From positions 1 to 64,000 of the forward strand of contig PPNB01000010.1 in assembly GCA_003707115.1 (NCBI GenBank): a DNA stretch of 64,000 bases. Direction: 5' to 3'. This DNA is from Tortispora ganteri (Eukaryota). The notes beneath the pieces were generated by a model. It did no database searches and was not told the DNA's origin. It worked only from the letters and a program-made list of their open reading frames with translations. A program made the translations under genes and the position numbers. This document shows positions 33,544-44,417 of this stretch, in pieces; the stretch's first letter is position 1; every line of letters begins with the position of its first letter.

Positions 33544-33725
33544 AATATGCGGATACTTTACAAGCATTTTTTTTATGTGATTGCATTGTATTTCTTTACC
33601 TTTATCTACTTCTAACGAATTTGACGACTTTTCTATATCCAGTAGTATATACACAACCCACTCCACCCGCGCTCGTTTCTCTCCTTTCAACACACCTATA
33701 CCAATACCAAACAATTTTACCTGAA

Positions 33726-35582
33726 ATGACCTGTAATAACCCTGACCCAGTAACAAGATTTGTTGATCATCAACAGTTTAGTGTTAATTTAGCATATATC
33801 ATTACCATTACCCCTTTTCTGGCTCTGGCACTTTATCTCCTCTATGGCGCCGTCAAACCTTGGCTTCCACACCAATTCACAAGAATAGTGCGCAAATACC
33901 TCATATTGCCTGCTCTTTTTGGCGGTAGAGCTGCAGAACCTCTGCCATATAGTCTTGGATACCTACCTACCCGTGGACTGACGCTCGTACTAGTCTGCTT
34001 TGGCGCACTAAATCTTGCATTCGGTCTAATCAATTACGCGTGCTATTTGCCCGTATACGATTCTATCTACGTTCATCCCTGGTTTAAATCCAGACGTAGT
34101 GAGCTCATTGCACTAGTGGCAAATAGAACAGGTGCACTAGCATACGCTAACTTGCCAATTCTAGTTATTTTCGCCGCAAGAAACTCCCTCTTTACTATTC
34201 TTGCTAACATATCCTCTAACACTCTTGCTACTTGCCATAGATACTTATCTTATATCTTTACCTCACAAACTATTGTTCATGTCGTGCTGTACACTATGCA
34301 GGTACATTATTGCCGTGGCCTTTCTCGCAATCAAGTCATCACTATCTCTTCAAAGTATCTCGTATTTGGTCTGATCGCAACCCTCTCCCTTTTACTCTGC
34401 CTCATGTTCTCCTCCATGCCAATAAGACACTACTTCTATGAAACGTTTCATTTTTTCCACGTCTTATTAACTATGTTTATTTTGGTCTCTTGTTGGGTTC
34501 ATGTCGCTGGACGATACCCCTCAGACTGGGGCCGTTTCGATCTGTTTGTCGTAGCCAGTGCGGCTTTCTGGCTCATGGATCATCTCATGCGAATATACAA
34601 AATTGTACGTCTTAGTTGCGACTACCCTAAAGTTATATGCGAAAAATACCCTGGAGGTTTGTTGAAGGTCACTTTCTTCACCTCTGCGCAATGGGAATAC
34701 GTTCCTGGCCAGTACGTTTACATTTACTTTCCCTCTGCAGGCCCTATACTGTCTTCTCATCCTTTCACAGTCTCAAGTTGTGACCCTGTACCGATCAGTG
34801 AAGCTCATGGGTCGCTAGCTATTCCTAGTTCTACTAGTGATAAGAATCTGAGGTTAACAAAACTCAGTTTCCTAATACGCCCAAAAGCTGGAACTACCAG
34901 GAGATTATTCGACATTGTTAACGCAACCTACACCGGTAAAGCTATTCTTACTGCATGGGTTGAAGGACCGTATAGGCAACAACATTCAGTTCCATCAGGA
35001 CGCTACGACACTATATTGTGTATAGCAGGTGGTATCGGTATCTCACTCGCGTTGGCGCATTTACGCTACTACATTCAGCGAGAGTACCTGAGACGTACCT
35101 CTAGGCTGTTATCGACCTGGACGGATATATGGACCAATATAAGTTCTATAAAATCTATGTCCACGACTGTGCCGTCAGACGCTAGCACCGAAAAAGTTCC
35201 TCATATTGTGTTGGCTTGGTCTGCCAAAGAAGCTGATTTGATTGCCGCTGTGACACACGAAATATTTGAGCTGAAAAACCTTTATGAGGATATTGATATA
35301 CAATTAAAACTTCATACGTCATTTTTCTGCACAAGCAATTACGATTCTGAGAAGCACGTTAGTTACGCTGATCTAGATCGTGGTCGTATGGAGATTCATG
35401 ATCTTGTCTCAAGAGAGATATCTGCTTGCGCAAGAGATTTTACAGATGATCGAACCATGCGAATTGCAGTGATTGCATGTGGACCGGGGAGATTATTGGA
35501 CGATGTGCGAAGTGCTGTGGTTGAGCTTCATGATATCAAAAGGCTATTCTTAGATTTGTACGAAGAGTCGTTCACTTGGTGA
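33726..35582 (+). CDS. Ferric/cupric reductase family transmembrane protein (FRE-like)
   Basis: TM domain with heme His residues, PGQY, HPFT, EGPY, AGGIGIS, CGP and terminal EESF; first ATG at 33726. Confidence 0.88.
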   Translation: MTCNNPDPVTRFVDHQQFSVNLAYIITITPFLALALYLLYGAVKPWLPHQFTRIVRKYLILPALFGGRAAEPLPYSLGYLPTRGLTLVLVCFGALNLAFGLINYACYLPVYDSIYVHPWFKSRRSELIALVANRTGALAYANLPILVIFAARNSLFTILANISSNTLATCHRYLSYIFTSQTIVHVVLYTMQVHYCRGLSRNQVITISSKYLVFGLIATLSLLLCLMFSSMPIRHYFYETFHFFHVLLTMFILVSCWVHVAGRYPSDWGRFDLFVVASAAFWLMDHLMRIYKIVRLSCDYPKVICEKYPGGLLKVTFFTSAQWEYVPGQYVYIYFPSAGPILSSHPFTVSSCDPVPISEAHGSLAIPSSTSDKNLRLTKLSFLIRPKAGTTRRLFDIVNATYTGKAILTAWVEGPYRQQHSVPSGRYDTILCIAGGIGISLALAHLRYYIQREYLRRTSRLLSTWTDIWTNISSIKSMSTTVPSDASTEKVPHIVLAWSAKEADLIAAVTHEIFELKNLYEDIDIQLKLHTSFFCTSNYDSEKHVSYADLDRGRMEIHDLVSREISACARDFTDDRTMRIAVIACGPGRLLDDVRSAVVELHDIKRLFLDLYEESFTW

Positions 35583-35716
35583 GATTGTATTATATACAGT
35601 TTCTACGATCACACGAAATATGTGTTAATATCATGACATACCTTCATAATCATATCACTTCTTAGTTGAAGAAGTTACAATCTAACTATTTTTACTAGCA
35701 TATCACTTAAAGACGT

Positions 35717-36058
35717 TTACTCCTTCTTGGATTCGGGAACAAGAGCTTCGAGAATGTCAGAGTCACCTGCCTCGAGGATGGAAAGAACACCGACGGGGAA
35801 GAGTCTACCGCAAGCAGTTCCAAGATCGTTGTTGGAACCGTTGAAGTAGTAGGTAGGGACACCAGCAAGCATACAGTAGTACTCGAGCTCAGAAACACGG
35901 AGACGAGGAGTGTTGGAAGCCACGATGATGAGCTTAGCCTTACCAGTACGGATAGACTTCAAGGTCGACTTGTATCCAAGGGTGAATTTACCAGACTTGA
36001 CAACAAGTTGGAGACGAGAGTTGATAGTTTCTTGATTCTTTTTTGCTTTAGGGGCCAT
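35717..36058 (-). CDS. RPL30: 60S ribosomal protein L30 (eL30), no coding intron
   Basis: [36 protein letters not shown]. Confidence 0.98.
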   Translation of the reverse strand: MAPKAKKNQETINSRLQLVVKSGKFTLGYKSTLKSIRTGKAKLIIVASNTPRLRVSELEYYCMLAGVPTYYFNGSNNDLGTACGRLFPVGVLSILEAGDSDILEALVPESKKE

Positions 36059-36091
36059 CGCTGTGCTTTAAAGGAATACGTGCACTCCGGT
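36055..36091 (-). promoter_or_regulatory. L30-binding kink-turn element overlapping the RPL30 start codon
   Basis: ACCGGAGUGC...GCACAGCGAUGG closely matches the S. cerevisiae L30 site ACCGGAGUG...CGCAGAGAUGG. Confidence 0.8.
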
Positions 36092-36138
36092 ATAGAGAAA
36101 GTAGATCGCGCTGTGCATACCATATGTTTTGGGAGTGG

Positions 36139-36184
36139 ATTGTGACTGCTTCTCATAGCAGCCCTATTAATAAAGTTAGGGCTA
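36139..36184 (-). promoter_or_regulatory. Homol-D box plus inverted pair of Tbf1-type sites in the RPL30 promoter
   Basis: AAGCAGTCACAAT on the minus strand at 36139-36151; CAGCCCTAT-n8-TTAGGGCTA at 36159-36184. Confidence 0.75.
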
Positions 36185-36590
36185 TCAACCGTCAATATTC
36201 GATATCCTCTTACATCGTCAGTATATAATAATATGATTCATAAATATAATATTTTTATTGATATTCTTGTCTGATACACTATAAGACATCTCAAATATGA
36301 TTCAAGCTATATCTATAGCTGTAGTAGTAATATGAAAGGGATAGGGTAATTTTGGACCATGGGCTTATAAATGACCTTTCATCAAGTACTGTTAGCGATG
36401 TGACGCAGTGGAAGCGTGCAGGGCTCATAACCCTGAAGACCGTAGATCGAAACTACGCATCGCTAATAATTTTTTTTTTATTAGCTCTTTATAGAATGTA
36501 AGCTTAATTGCTAGTTGCTGTTTAATTGTATATATAGGCTTGTAGGCATTCAATGGTCGTAAATATTAGAGAAAAGGAAATGATTAGTAA

Positions 36591-37673
36591 CTAATGCGAT
36601 GACCGCTGTTTCGATTTCGATTTCGATTTCGATTTCGATTTTTTAGTCACTTTGGTCTTTGATTTAAGCCAAGGCTGCCTATTCAAGTGGTTGGTCTTAA
36701 GTCGTCGACGGCGACCATGACTCTGTTTAGCACGATCATCAATTTTTGCTAGTATTGGAGCCGAACCTGCGGGGTTAGAAGTAGCCGTAAGTTTTTTCTT
36801 GCGTCTGTGTTTCTTTAAATCGTTTGTGGTGAAGTAAGGCAAGCCTCTTCGTAAGTACTTTTTGCCTTGGACACATTCAGCTATTGTTTTCTGATCTTGA
36901 CCCACTATTTCTGCTGCAAGTATATCGATATCAACTAGTAAGCCGTCAAAGTCATGTTGCAGCATGATTCCACCGCTGCCCTGTTCTTTCCAAGCTCTGA
37001 TTTCATTCGCGACAGTCTCAACAGAATAATCATGGACAGGATCTAAAATCCTCCAATCGTAAGTATCTTTGCTCCACAGTGATACTTCCAGATTGTAAAT
37101 ATCCAGAATTGCTCTGATTCTGTCGTCAATGCCGCCATAGGGTGGGCGAAAATACCGAGGTACTACACCAGCAGCAGCATAAATGGCCCACGCTGTCCAT
37201 TGCAATTGCGCGGCAATCTCTTTGTTAGAGAGAGAAGGCAGAAATTTATGAGACCAAGTATGAGATGCAACTACGTGGCCTTCTTTTACTTGTCGCCTGA
37301 CCACGTCTGGGAATTTGACCACATTTTTTCCTACGACAAAGAACGTAGATAGCGTGCCTGACTTTTCCAAATGATCAAGGAGACGGTGAGTATGAGGAGA
37401 AGGCCCATCATCAAACGTCTGTGTAAGAACATCGCATGTATGGATATCACCTGGTCGGGTGCAGTGGTTGCAGTCGAAAAAGCAATCGCCGGGGTTGTTC
37501 GGGCACTGAGTGTACTGCCGTTCAGGTAGGGCAATTATATTTTCGAGGTCAATGCCCATGTCTATGTAAGGAGGATCATCGTCCGGCCATTCATGAAGGC
37601 CTGTGATGTCTGTGAGCCAGGAAGGGAACCGGAGTCTCGATGCAGCAACTGGTATGAGAAACCAGATAATCAT
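36591..37673 (-). CDS. Chitin deacetylase (CE4) with a basic C-terminal tail
   Basis: Signal peptide, TFDDGP, HTWSH, RPPYG, IMLQHD. Confidence 0.9.
   Translation of the reverse strand: MIIWFLIPVAASRLRFPSWLTDITGLHEWPDDDPPYIDMGIDLENIIALPERQYTQCPNNPGDCFFDCNHCTRPGDIHTCDVLTQTFDDGPSPHTHRLLDHLEKSGTLSTFFVVGKNVVKFPDVVRRQVKEGHVVASHTWSHKFLPSLSNKEIAAQLQWTAWAIYAAAGVVPRYFRPPYGGIDDRIRAILDIYNLEVSLWSKDTYDWRILDPVHDYSVETVANEIRAWKEQGSGGIMLQHDFDGLLVDIDILAAEIVGQDQKTIAECVQGKKYLRRGLPYFTTNDLKKHRRKKKLTATSNPAGSAPILAKIDDRAKQSHGRRRRLKTNHLNRQPWLKSKTKVTKKSKSKSKSKSKQRSSH
36609..36641. repeat. (TTTCGA)5 coding microsatellite (Lys-Ser repeat)
   Basis: Five exact hexamers encoding KSKSKSKSKS on the minus strand. Confidence 0.9.
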
Positions 37674-37875
37674 AGAAGAAGTATAGAGGATAGTGCAGCG
37701 AAGAAGCTAAAAGCTCAGTAAGATGATAAATATAAACAATAATGGATTGAATGCTATTGTGGTAAAATCAGGGATCAATAGATATCATGCGAAAAGCAAT
37801 TGCTGAAGCAATTCGAGAGCCCTTTATGGGAGGGGCCTTTCGTTTGGGGCGACAATGCGCACTATAGTATGCGAA

Positions 37876-38517
37876 CTAGACTGCTTGATGAGCATTAGGG
37901 TTATAATGCTTGTCGTTTCTTGGCGGATAAGATGGTGGATCAACAACTGACATTCCAGCGATGCGATCGCGGTGGTTTTGCTTGTTGCGGGATTCAATAG
38001 TATGGTAGAGGTGGGTGTAGATCAATCGCGCATTCCTAGTAGAGCAGCTATTCATCCAGGAGAATAAGATACCAAGGATAGGTACAAGCGACACAGCCAG
38101 ATCAAAAAGAGAGTTTGCATGCATTTGAGCTTGAAGTTTTAAGGGGATATTGAGTCCTTTTTCTGCTTCACTGCACACACGTTCATGTACTGCATACATA
38201 GCGACCGGACCTATTACAGGAAGAATAGCGGCAATAGGTGCCGATCCAATCCCGATTCCTTCACAACCACAACAACAAGTACCTATAGCCATACATCCAC
38301 AAAAACATTTATCATGATTCCACGCTGCGGATTGCACTTTCTTCCAGGTCGCTTTCTCTACCTCAGTAGCTCCTTCTGGCACTCGTAGTCTCTTGTGAGT
38401 CGACTCGTCAAAGAAAGGGTCTTTACAATTATACTTGTTACTGGCAAAGTCGTTCCATTTGTCCTGAATTATACCAAATCCAGGAATTCCTTCTATCTGC
38501 TCAGTTATGCTATTCAT
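37876..38517 (-). CDS. DUF4112-like membrane protein
   Basis: Cys-rich loop, ILPVIGP and SLVPILG..F...N..STRNA.L pattern; first ATG at 38517. Confidence 0.7.
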   Translation of the reverse strand: MNSITEQIEGIPGFGIIQDKWNDFASNKYNCKDPFFDESTHKRLRVPEGATEVEKATWKKVQSAAWNHDKCFCGCMAIGTCCCGCEGIGIGSAPIAAILPVIGPVAMYAVHERVCSEAEKGLNIPLKLQAQMHANSLFDLAVSLVPILGILFSWMNSCSTRNARLIYTHLYHTIESRNKQNHRDRIAGMSVVDPPSYPPRNDKHYNPNAHQAV

Positions 38518-39461
38518 GTGGAAATCTCGTTGAGTGAAAATAATCAATAAAGTAATAACATTAGCTCGGGCGTTTACAGCAAATATGACCTCAACCTTTT
38601 TCCCCGGATTAACCTTAATATTGTAACGAATAACTGTCTTTCCATTCCACACGCTTCCCTGCAGCCCTTCTAAGTCTCATGGAACGTTTCTTTAAGCATA
38701 AAAATAAAGAAGTAAATTTATATACTGCTATCGCAACTCACAGCAACTCACATTCTGTTACACAATCCTGAACATAAACTGAAATGGAAAATGACAAACT
38801 TAATACCACGTGATTCACGCGTACCAGCCAACACTGTACAATATCTAACCCAACGGCCTGAACCGGCAATTCGCTTTTAGCTTTGTACACAGTGGCGATC
38901 TAAATAAATACGAGAACTTACTGACCACTTACACCGATCAATATTTATTTTCGAGTTTAAGCTTGCATGATCGCAGCTGATACTTTTATTTATATAGTAT
39001 CATATTTTATTTTATCTCCCTTCTCTGTATTCGCCACAGTTATATACCACTAGCTTCCTTTATCGTTTTTTTTTATTTTGACCTGCCTACCCTCTCGTTG
39101 TCCATCCTTTCCCGGACGAAACGAATCTAACCGGTCAACTGACTATTAATAAGCAGCATCATTTATTTAACTACAATAACGGCTGCCTGAATAATTTGTG
39201 TAATTACTATTATACATCTGCCAGCACGATTCTGGCTTTATCACTTTACGTTTATGATCCTCAAACCTGATCTATCCTCTCTATCTCCCGAATAAGCTGT
39301 GTTATTACTATCTATAACACTCTTTAATCATATCGCCAGCATTGAAATAAAGCATAATCTAGCAGGCGTTTGATTTCTTGTACTTTTTTATCGGTTTCTT
39401 TTTTTTTCTATATTATTGTCCTATTCCCCCCTCAAACCGTCTCTTCTTATTTAGACACAAC

Positions 39462-40439
39462 ATGGCAGATTCAGCCACTTTGCGGAAACCCTCTATGTCG
39501 TTATCTATATCTGAACTAATCGAATCGAGCTCCTCAGGTGCAGTTGCAACACCCAGTGAGTCACATGGAAACAAACAGGAGCCTCCACATAGCCCAAATG
39601 ACACAGAGGTTGACTCTACGAGAGTGAACATGTCCGATCGCTCATACCCTGCCTCTCATGAAGATTCAATACCCACAGATCAGCCTATATCATTATCTCA
39701 ACCTGAAAGCGTTGCAGATATTGCTAATCCTAATTTGGAGGTTCAAGATACCAACGTGACTGCTAACGATTCTCCAGAGGCACATGCCACTGTAATAGAC
39801 AACGAGACCATTTCCGGCGTGAAAACACCGGATAAATTGTTACCAGAGGAGGATTATTCATTTTTAGCTACGCCGCTGCGACCCAGAGTTAATCGCGAGA
39901 AAATCAGCGAATTTTCAGAACAATTGAAACAACGTTTAACTTATGCCATGGTTAAAGTTGAACACGGATGGACTCGTCAAAGCATTCAAGATATTGAGCC
40001 TTTAGTCGGGTCGAACAGTTCTATATCTGCAGCTTCCAACATCCCTTTGCCTACTACAGGTTTTGCTGGATCGTATGATCATCCACCTTCTACCACTTCC
40101 AATCGATTGTTAAGTCCTCACAAACCTCGAGTTTCTCTTGCCAGCAGGCTGAAAGCCTATCGAAAGCCTAGAGCACTTCACAGAAGGGCATCATCGGAAA
40201 CTGATATTGGCCAACGTGCTGGTTTTCACGCTTATACCAATCCTTACCCCCTACCGCCTCCGATTTCTATGTCTGTATCGACTGATAGCCACAGAAACGA
40301 CGATTCTCGGTCAGCTGTGCAGGAGAAATTAGAGGTTGACACTTCACCTGTGCAGTCTCGCACAGATGATGAAGATGACGCTATTCAGTCATTAATGAGT
40401 TTATCGTCGCCGCGGAGTAAACGAAAGCACTCTCCGTGA
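39462..40439 (+). CDS. Whi5/Nrm1-family G1/S transcriptional repressor
   Basis: GTB motif LKQRLTYAMVKVEHGWTRQSIQDIE in a disordered protein with many S/T-P sites; first ATG at 39462. Confidence 0.8.
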   Translation: MADSATLRKPSMSLSISELIESSSSGAVATPSESHGNKQEPPHSPNDTEVDSTRVNMSDRSYPASHEDSIPTDQPISLSQPESVADIANPNLEVQDTNVTANDSPEAHATVIDNETISGVKTPDKLLPEEDYSFLATPLRPRVNREKISEFSEQLKQRLTYAMVKVEHGWTRQSIQDIEPLVGSNSSISAASNIPLPTTGFAGSYDHPPSTTSNRLLSPHKPRVSLASRLKAYRKPRALHRRASSETDIGQRAGFHAYTNPYPLPPPISMSVSTDSHRNDDSRSAVQEKLEVDTSPVQSRTDDEDDAIQSLMSLSSPRSKRKHSP

Positions 40440-40818
40440 AAGCAACAATTAATTATAGTTTTGTTTGTTCATGTTTTTCTTTTTTTCTCTCGCACTGTTT
40501 CTCTAATTTTGGATGTTGGGTTCTTATTTACATGTGATTGTACATTATTGTTTTTATTGAGCATGTTGTCTATTTTATTTGGATTTACTTAATGGGCTGC
40601 CAATAGACAGGCGCCAGGAGAGTCTTTTTGTAGATAGCAAAATGCGAACCATTTGTTTGCAGATGTTTTCGGGATGCGATTTCCTTTCATATTTTGCTTC
40701 ACTTTAAGATTCTTATTTCTTGTATATTATATTATATTATATTATACCTGCGCTACTTTTGCGTAATCATCATAAAGTTTCTGTACTTCGACAACCACTA
40801 CCCATTCATCGACAGTTC

Positions 40819-42216
40819 ATGGACTCTGCAATTACCGCCTATAGATCTTGGGTAACTGAGGCATTAAGTAAATACGTCAAAGAGGATTTAGAAATTCTTA
40901 CAGATTATGCGGTTTCTTTACTGACACGTGATGGTTCACCGGAACAAATTGGGCCTGACACCGTGAACCAACTTCATACCTTCCTGGGCGATCACTCTCA
41001 GATATTCGTCCAAGAGGCTCTGCAAGCCCTAAAGCAGGGATCTTTTCTTAATAATGACTCTAACTTTTCTCCTGATATTGCGATGCCAGAAACAAATAGC
41101 CAATCTCAGCCGTTCAAACGAATAGATCGGAGGTTCTGGGGTCCCGCAGGTATACGTGAACCTGCCTTTGATGGCCAAAAGACACTGGTGTGCGTGAGTG
41201 TACCGCGGGAAGACTTAAACGAAGAAAAGTTTAGGACAATATTTTCGAGTTATGGCGATGTCAAAATTGATGTGAAACAGGACAGTGCCTATTCCGCAGC
41301 ACATGTGGCAGTTGATTTTCCGACACCCGAACTGGCAGCTAAGGCTTTCGCTGATCGTAACAACCTGTTCAACGGGTCTACCATAAAAGTATTCTGGCAG
41401 CGCCCTACATACGACACTGGAATGGTCCCCGTATACAAGTTTGGCAAACTAACGTATGAGGCAGTTCCGGAGAACGGCACGAATCCGAGATTGGAGCGGC
41501 TGATCGAACGCCAACAACAGAAGCAGGAAGAGTTTCTGGCAAAACAGCAGGAGCGCAAACAAGCAGAACAGAATCTTGAAAGCCTGCTTATATCTGCGAA
41601 TGAAATGGTAGCTAAATATCAATCACAAATTGATGCATTGCAGGAGAAGATCAGCATTGTGGAACAGTCTTACGTCGAAGCGACACAAGGCGAAGATTCG
41701 TCTAGTCCGCGCGCACAGCAACTGGCCAATGAGCTGACTAGTCTACGCAGCCAGAGCGACGATTTTCAAGTCTTACTTTCTCAGGCAATGCATTCTAAAA
41801 ATATGATCGAGTCTACAGTCAATAGAGGTCGAGGCGGATATTCTGCTAGAGGCGTACCGAGAGGGCGTGGGCGTGGGCGAGGACGAGGACGAGGAGCGTT
41901 TCGTGGTCATATCGGCAAAGCGCACCGATTCAATCCCTTAGCGGACCCAAAAATTGTACAAAAGTATAGCATTGATAATCGGCCGAAATCAGTCTTTATT
42001 CCGAACGTTGGGGAACATACGGAAAAGCTAGTGGAGTATGCCAATTCGTCATTGAGCGCGCAGTCAGTTGAGCCGATTACTAAAGACGATGGGTCTACAG
42101 GATTTGTTGTACAGTTCGGAGACAGAAGTAATGCAGAGAAGTTTTTTAACGTTGGGGGAAGTACAAGTGACGGAGACTTACCAAGTACTGTAAAAGTGGA
42201 GTGGTACACTAAATGA
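40819..42216 (+). CDS. RBM26/27 (Rmn1)-like RNA-binding protein
   Basis: N-terminal PWI-like domain, RRM ending IKVFW, coiled coil, RGG/RG tract, SIDNRP followed by a second RRM; first ATG at 40819. Confidence 0.7.
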   Translation: MDSAITAYRSWVTEALSKYVKEDLEILTDYAVSLLTRDGSPEQIGPDTVNQLHTFLGDHSQIFVQEALQALKQGSFLNNDSNFSPDIAMPETNSQSQPFKRIDRRFWGPAGIREPAFDGQKTLVCVSVPREDLNEEKFRTIFSSYGDVKIDVKQDSAYSAAHVAVDFPTPELAAKAFADRNNLFNGSTIKVFWQRPTYDTGMVPVYKFGKLTYEAVPENGTNPRLERLIERQQQKQEEFLAKQQERKQAEQNLESLLISANEMVAKYQSQIDALQEKISIVEQSYVEATQGEDSSSPRAQQLANELTSLRSQSDDFQVLLSQAMHSKNMIESTVNRGRGGYSARGVPRGRGRGRGRGRGAFRGHIGKAHRFNPLADPKIVQKYSIDNRPKSVFIPNVGEHTEKLVEYANSSLSAQSVEPITKDDGSTGFVVQFGDRSNAEKFFNVGGSTSDGDLPSTVKVEWYTK

Positions 42217-42589
42217 GTGGCTCGTTTGGTTTAGTGATTATGGAGAAGTCGGAGGCGCCAGAAGACGAACGCCTTGATCCAGGATTTGAAACGCTTTGTA
42301 CACCTGCCATTGAATCTACCCATTCGCTAGCTTTTTTAATCGTTAAGGATGATTTTTGTGAATATCCAGTAGCTGTAGATGTAGCCTGATCAGCGTGCTC
42401 TTCATCATTTTCGCGGTTCATATGCAGATCGATCGATTCGTCAGCTGGGTGATCTGTATGTACATTGGTAGTCATTTCGATTTTGTCGGCAAGCTGTCGA
42501 AGCAGGCTAGCTATCTCTTCGCGGTTTTGGTAAATCGCAAAAGAGATGCCAATGCCCGCAGCTAGTCCGATCATGAAAGGAACCCCCAT
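42209..42589 (-). CDS. Small hypothetical protein with N-terminal membrane anchor
   Basis: 126-aa ATG ORF with hydrophobic N-terminus filling the gap between neighbours. Confidence 0.6.
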   Translation of the reverse strand: MGVPFMIGLAAGIGISFAIYQNREEIASLLRQLADKIEMTTNVHTDHPADESIDLHMNRENDEEHADQATSTATGYSQKSSLTIKKASEWVDSMAGVQSVSNPGSRRSSSGASDFSIITKPNEPLI

Positions 42590-42899
42590 ATTGCGATGAT
42601 TACGTGTTTCTACAAGGGGGCGTGGGTAAGTAAAATGTGGTGTTTGTGTGGGGGCGGCCTGGTCATTTGGGACAAACCGGGAAAAGGGATAAGGTGAATA
42701 TTGGAGAAAAAAAGGCTTCTATGCTGGACGAAATGACATTGTTTGGTTCTTAGACAATGCAAGTAATAATCGAGTAAAATCAGAGAATTACATCGCCATT
42801 TTAAATCAAATTGTGCATAGAGTCCAAAATCTTCGTCGCAAGATAGCTTCAGACAGAAAGGCTAATAAAAAGAAAGAAAAAATGGTTATATGAATAGCT

Positions 42900-43331
42900 C
42901 TACTTAGTAGGGAAAAGATCTTCACTAAGATCGACACCAAGGTCTTTGCGAATAGGTTCAAGCTCGGTTAGGTAATCTCTGTATTGTTGTTCGTTTTCGA
43001 CCTTGAAGCGGACACCTTCGAAGACTCTAACTGCGGTAGGGAAATCATTGACTCTACGACAAGCTTCGAGGGCTTTAGCGAGGACGGATGGTGCAGGTAC
43101 AAGGTCATATGAGAAACAGTTATTAAGAACTCTTTGGACATCAAATAGGTCTTGTGCTTCGTCGAATTCTTTTTCGAATCTGACAGTGAATTCCTCAAAA
43201 GTCTCGTCATCATGGGCTGAGTAGTTTCTCGTGAATCCCTGTAGTTGAGGACGCGCCATCAAAGCAGACTTGGGGAGAGTTCTAGGGAGAGATGCATTGC
43301 GCAAAGAACGTACTGTGAATCTTGACAACAT
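42900..43331 (-). CDS. COX6: Cytochrome c oxidase subunit VI (Va family)
   Basis: ETFEEF, LNNCFSYDLVPAP, ACRRVNDF.TAVR, KVEN. Confidence 0.96.
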   Translation of the reverse strand: MLSRFTVRSLRNASLPRTLPKSALMARPQLQGFTRNYSAHDDETFEEFTVRFEKEFDEAQDLFDVQRVLNNCFSYDLVPAPSVLAKALEACRRVNDFPTAVRVFEGVRFKVENEQQYRDYLTELEPIRKDLGVDLSEDLFPTK

Positions 43332-43622
43332 AACGACTTCTATTTCTCAAGGGAATATATGGAATGTTTGTTGCTGAAGTAGTGGTGAAGGGTAAAAAAG
43401 TGGACAGATTCCTGGAGCGTAGGTATAATTCCCAGTACTTGCTATTGGTTAGTAACCGTCTAAAATTTACCTTTCTATTATTACAACCCTATATATACAT
43501 ACCCTTGTAAGATGAAGTTGAATCCTGCAGTGTCAATTGCATATCCGCCTTAATGTAATTGTCAATCCAAAGTTGTGTGTGCGTACATGACTTATTAGCA
43601 GATAATGTTATAGACAATTGGT

Positions 43623-44306
43623 TCACCTATTCAGGCTCCTTTGCACTATTTGATCAACGTTATCGTTTGGCGGTAGAATACCCTCTATGGGCTTTTCCGA
43701 TCTCTGTTCCAATAGTAATTCAAGAATACTTCTTGACCCGACAACTATATCTAACACAATATCCTTCAAGCTGCTAATTGAATGTCTTTCAAGTGGCGCT
43801 TCGACTTCATTTTGTAACCTTTGGAGCGCTTCCTTCACCTGCACTCGTTGTGCCGTGACCACCTTCAATCGGTCTTCGAGCAATTTTCGTTGTTCTGATG
43901 CCTTAAAAAATCGCTCGCGTGCAGCAATCAGTTTAGGTTCAAGTTCTGTATCTCTTTTATCATTTGCCAATCGGTAGTCTAAACCACGCTGGTGATTCAG
44001 CCGTATGTACCCCTTATCGAGTAGGTCGCGCGGTATGTTTATAATATTCCTTAGCGAGTATACTTCTAGTTTGTCAAACTGATAATCAACGCAGGACTCA
44101 AGTAGATTCTCGAATTTTGCAGTGCCATCTAATATTTCGTCCTCTAAATCTAGCTGATTTGTTTCGTTCCATTTCACAAGGAATTTCTCTACGCCGTCGA
44201 CAGCTTTGTATAGTAGAATGTCTACAGCATTGATAACATCATCAATAAGTGCAATAGGAGGATACTGAAAATGTTCAGTGAGAACTTTAGTCTCCCCGAA
44301 GTTCAT
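43623..44306 (-). CDS. MTW1: Kinetochore MIND subunit Mis12/Mtw1
   Basis: LTEHFQYPPIALIDDVINAV, FDKLEVYSLRNI; first ATG at 44306. Confidence 0.9.
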   Translation of the reverse strand: MNFGETKVLTEHFQYPPIALIDDVINAVDILLYKAVDGVEKFLVKWNETNQLDLEDEILDGTAKFENLLESCVDYQFDKLEVYSLRNIINIPRDLLDKGYIRLNHQRGLDYRLANDKRDTELEPKLIAARERFFKASEQRKLLEDRLKVVTAQRVQVKEALQRLQNEVEAPLERHSISSLKDIVLDIVVGSRSILELLLEQRSEKPIEGILPPNDNVDQIVQRSLNR

Positions 44307-44417
44307 ATTGACGCGTTGTGGAGTGGTAAACAATAAGGTATTGGTGCAAGTACTGTTGCTATGCGAAATGAGTTTGATTGGTGTATAGAGGATACAACCC
44401 TATTCAATCATGCTAAA

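Noticed and set aside
36061..36120. Intron in the RPL30 leader (ATG|GTATGC...CAG)
   Set aside because: No branch-point consensus; splicing would put the upstream ATG out of frame and delete the kink-turn.
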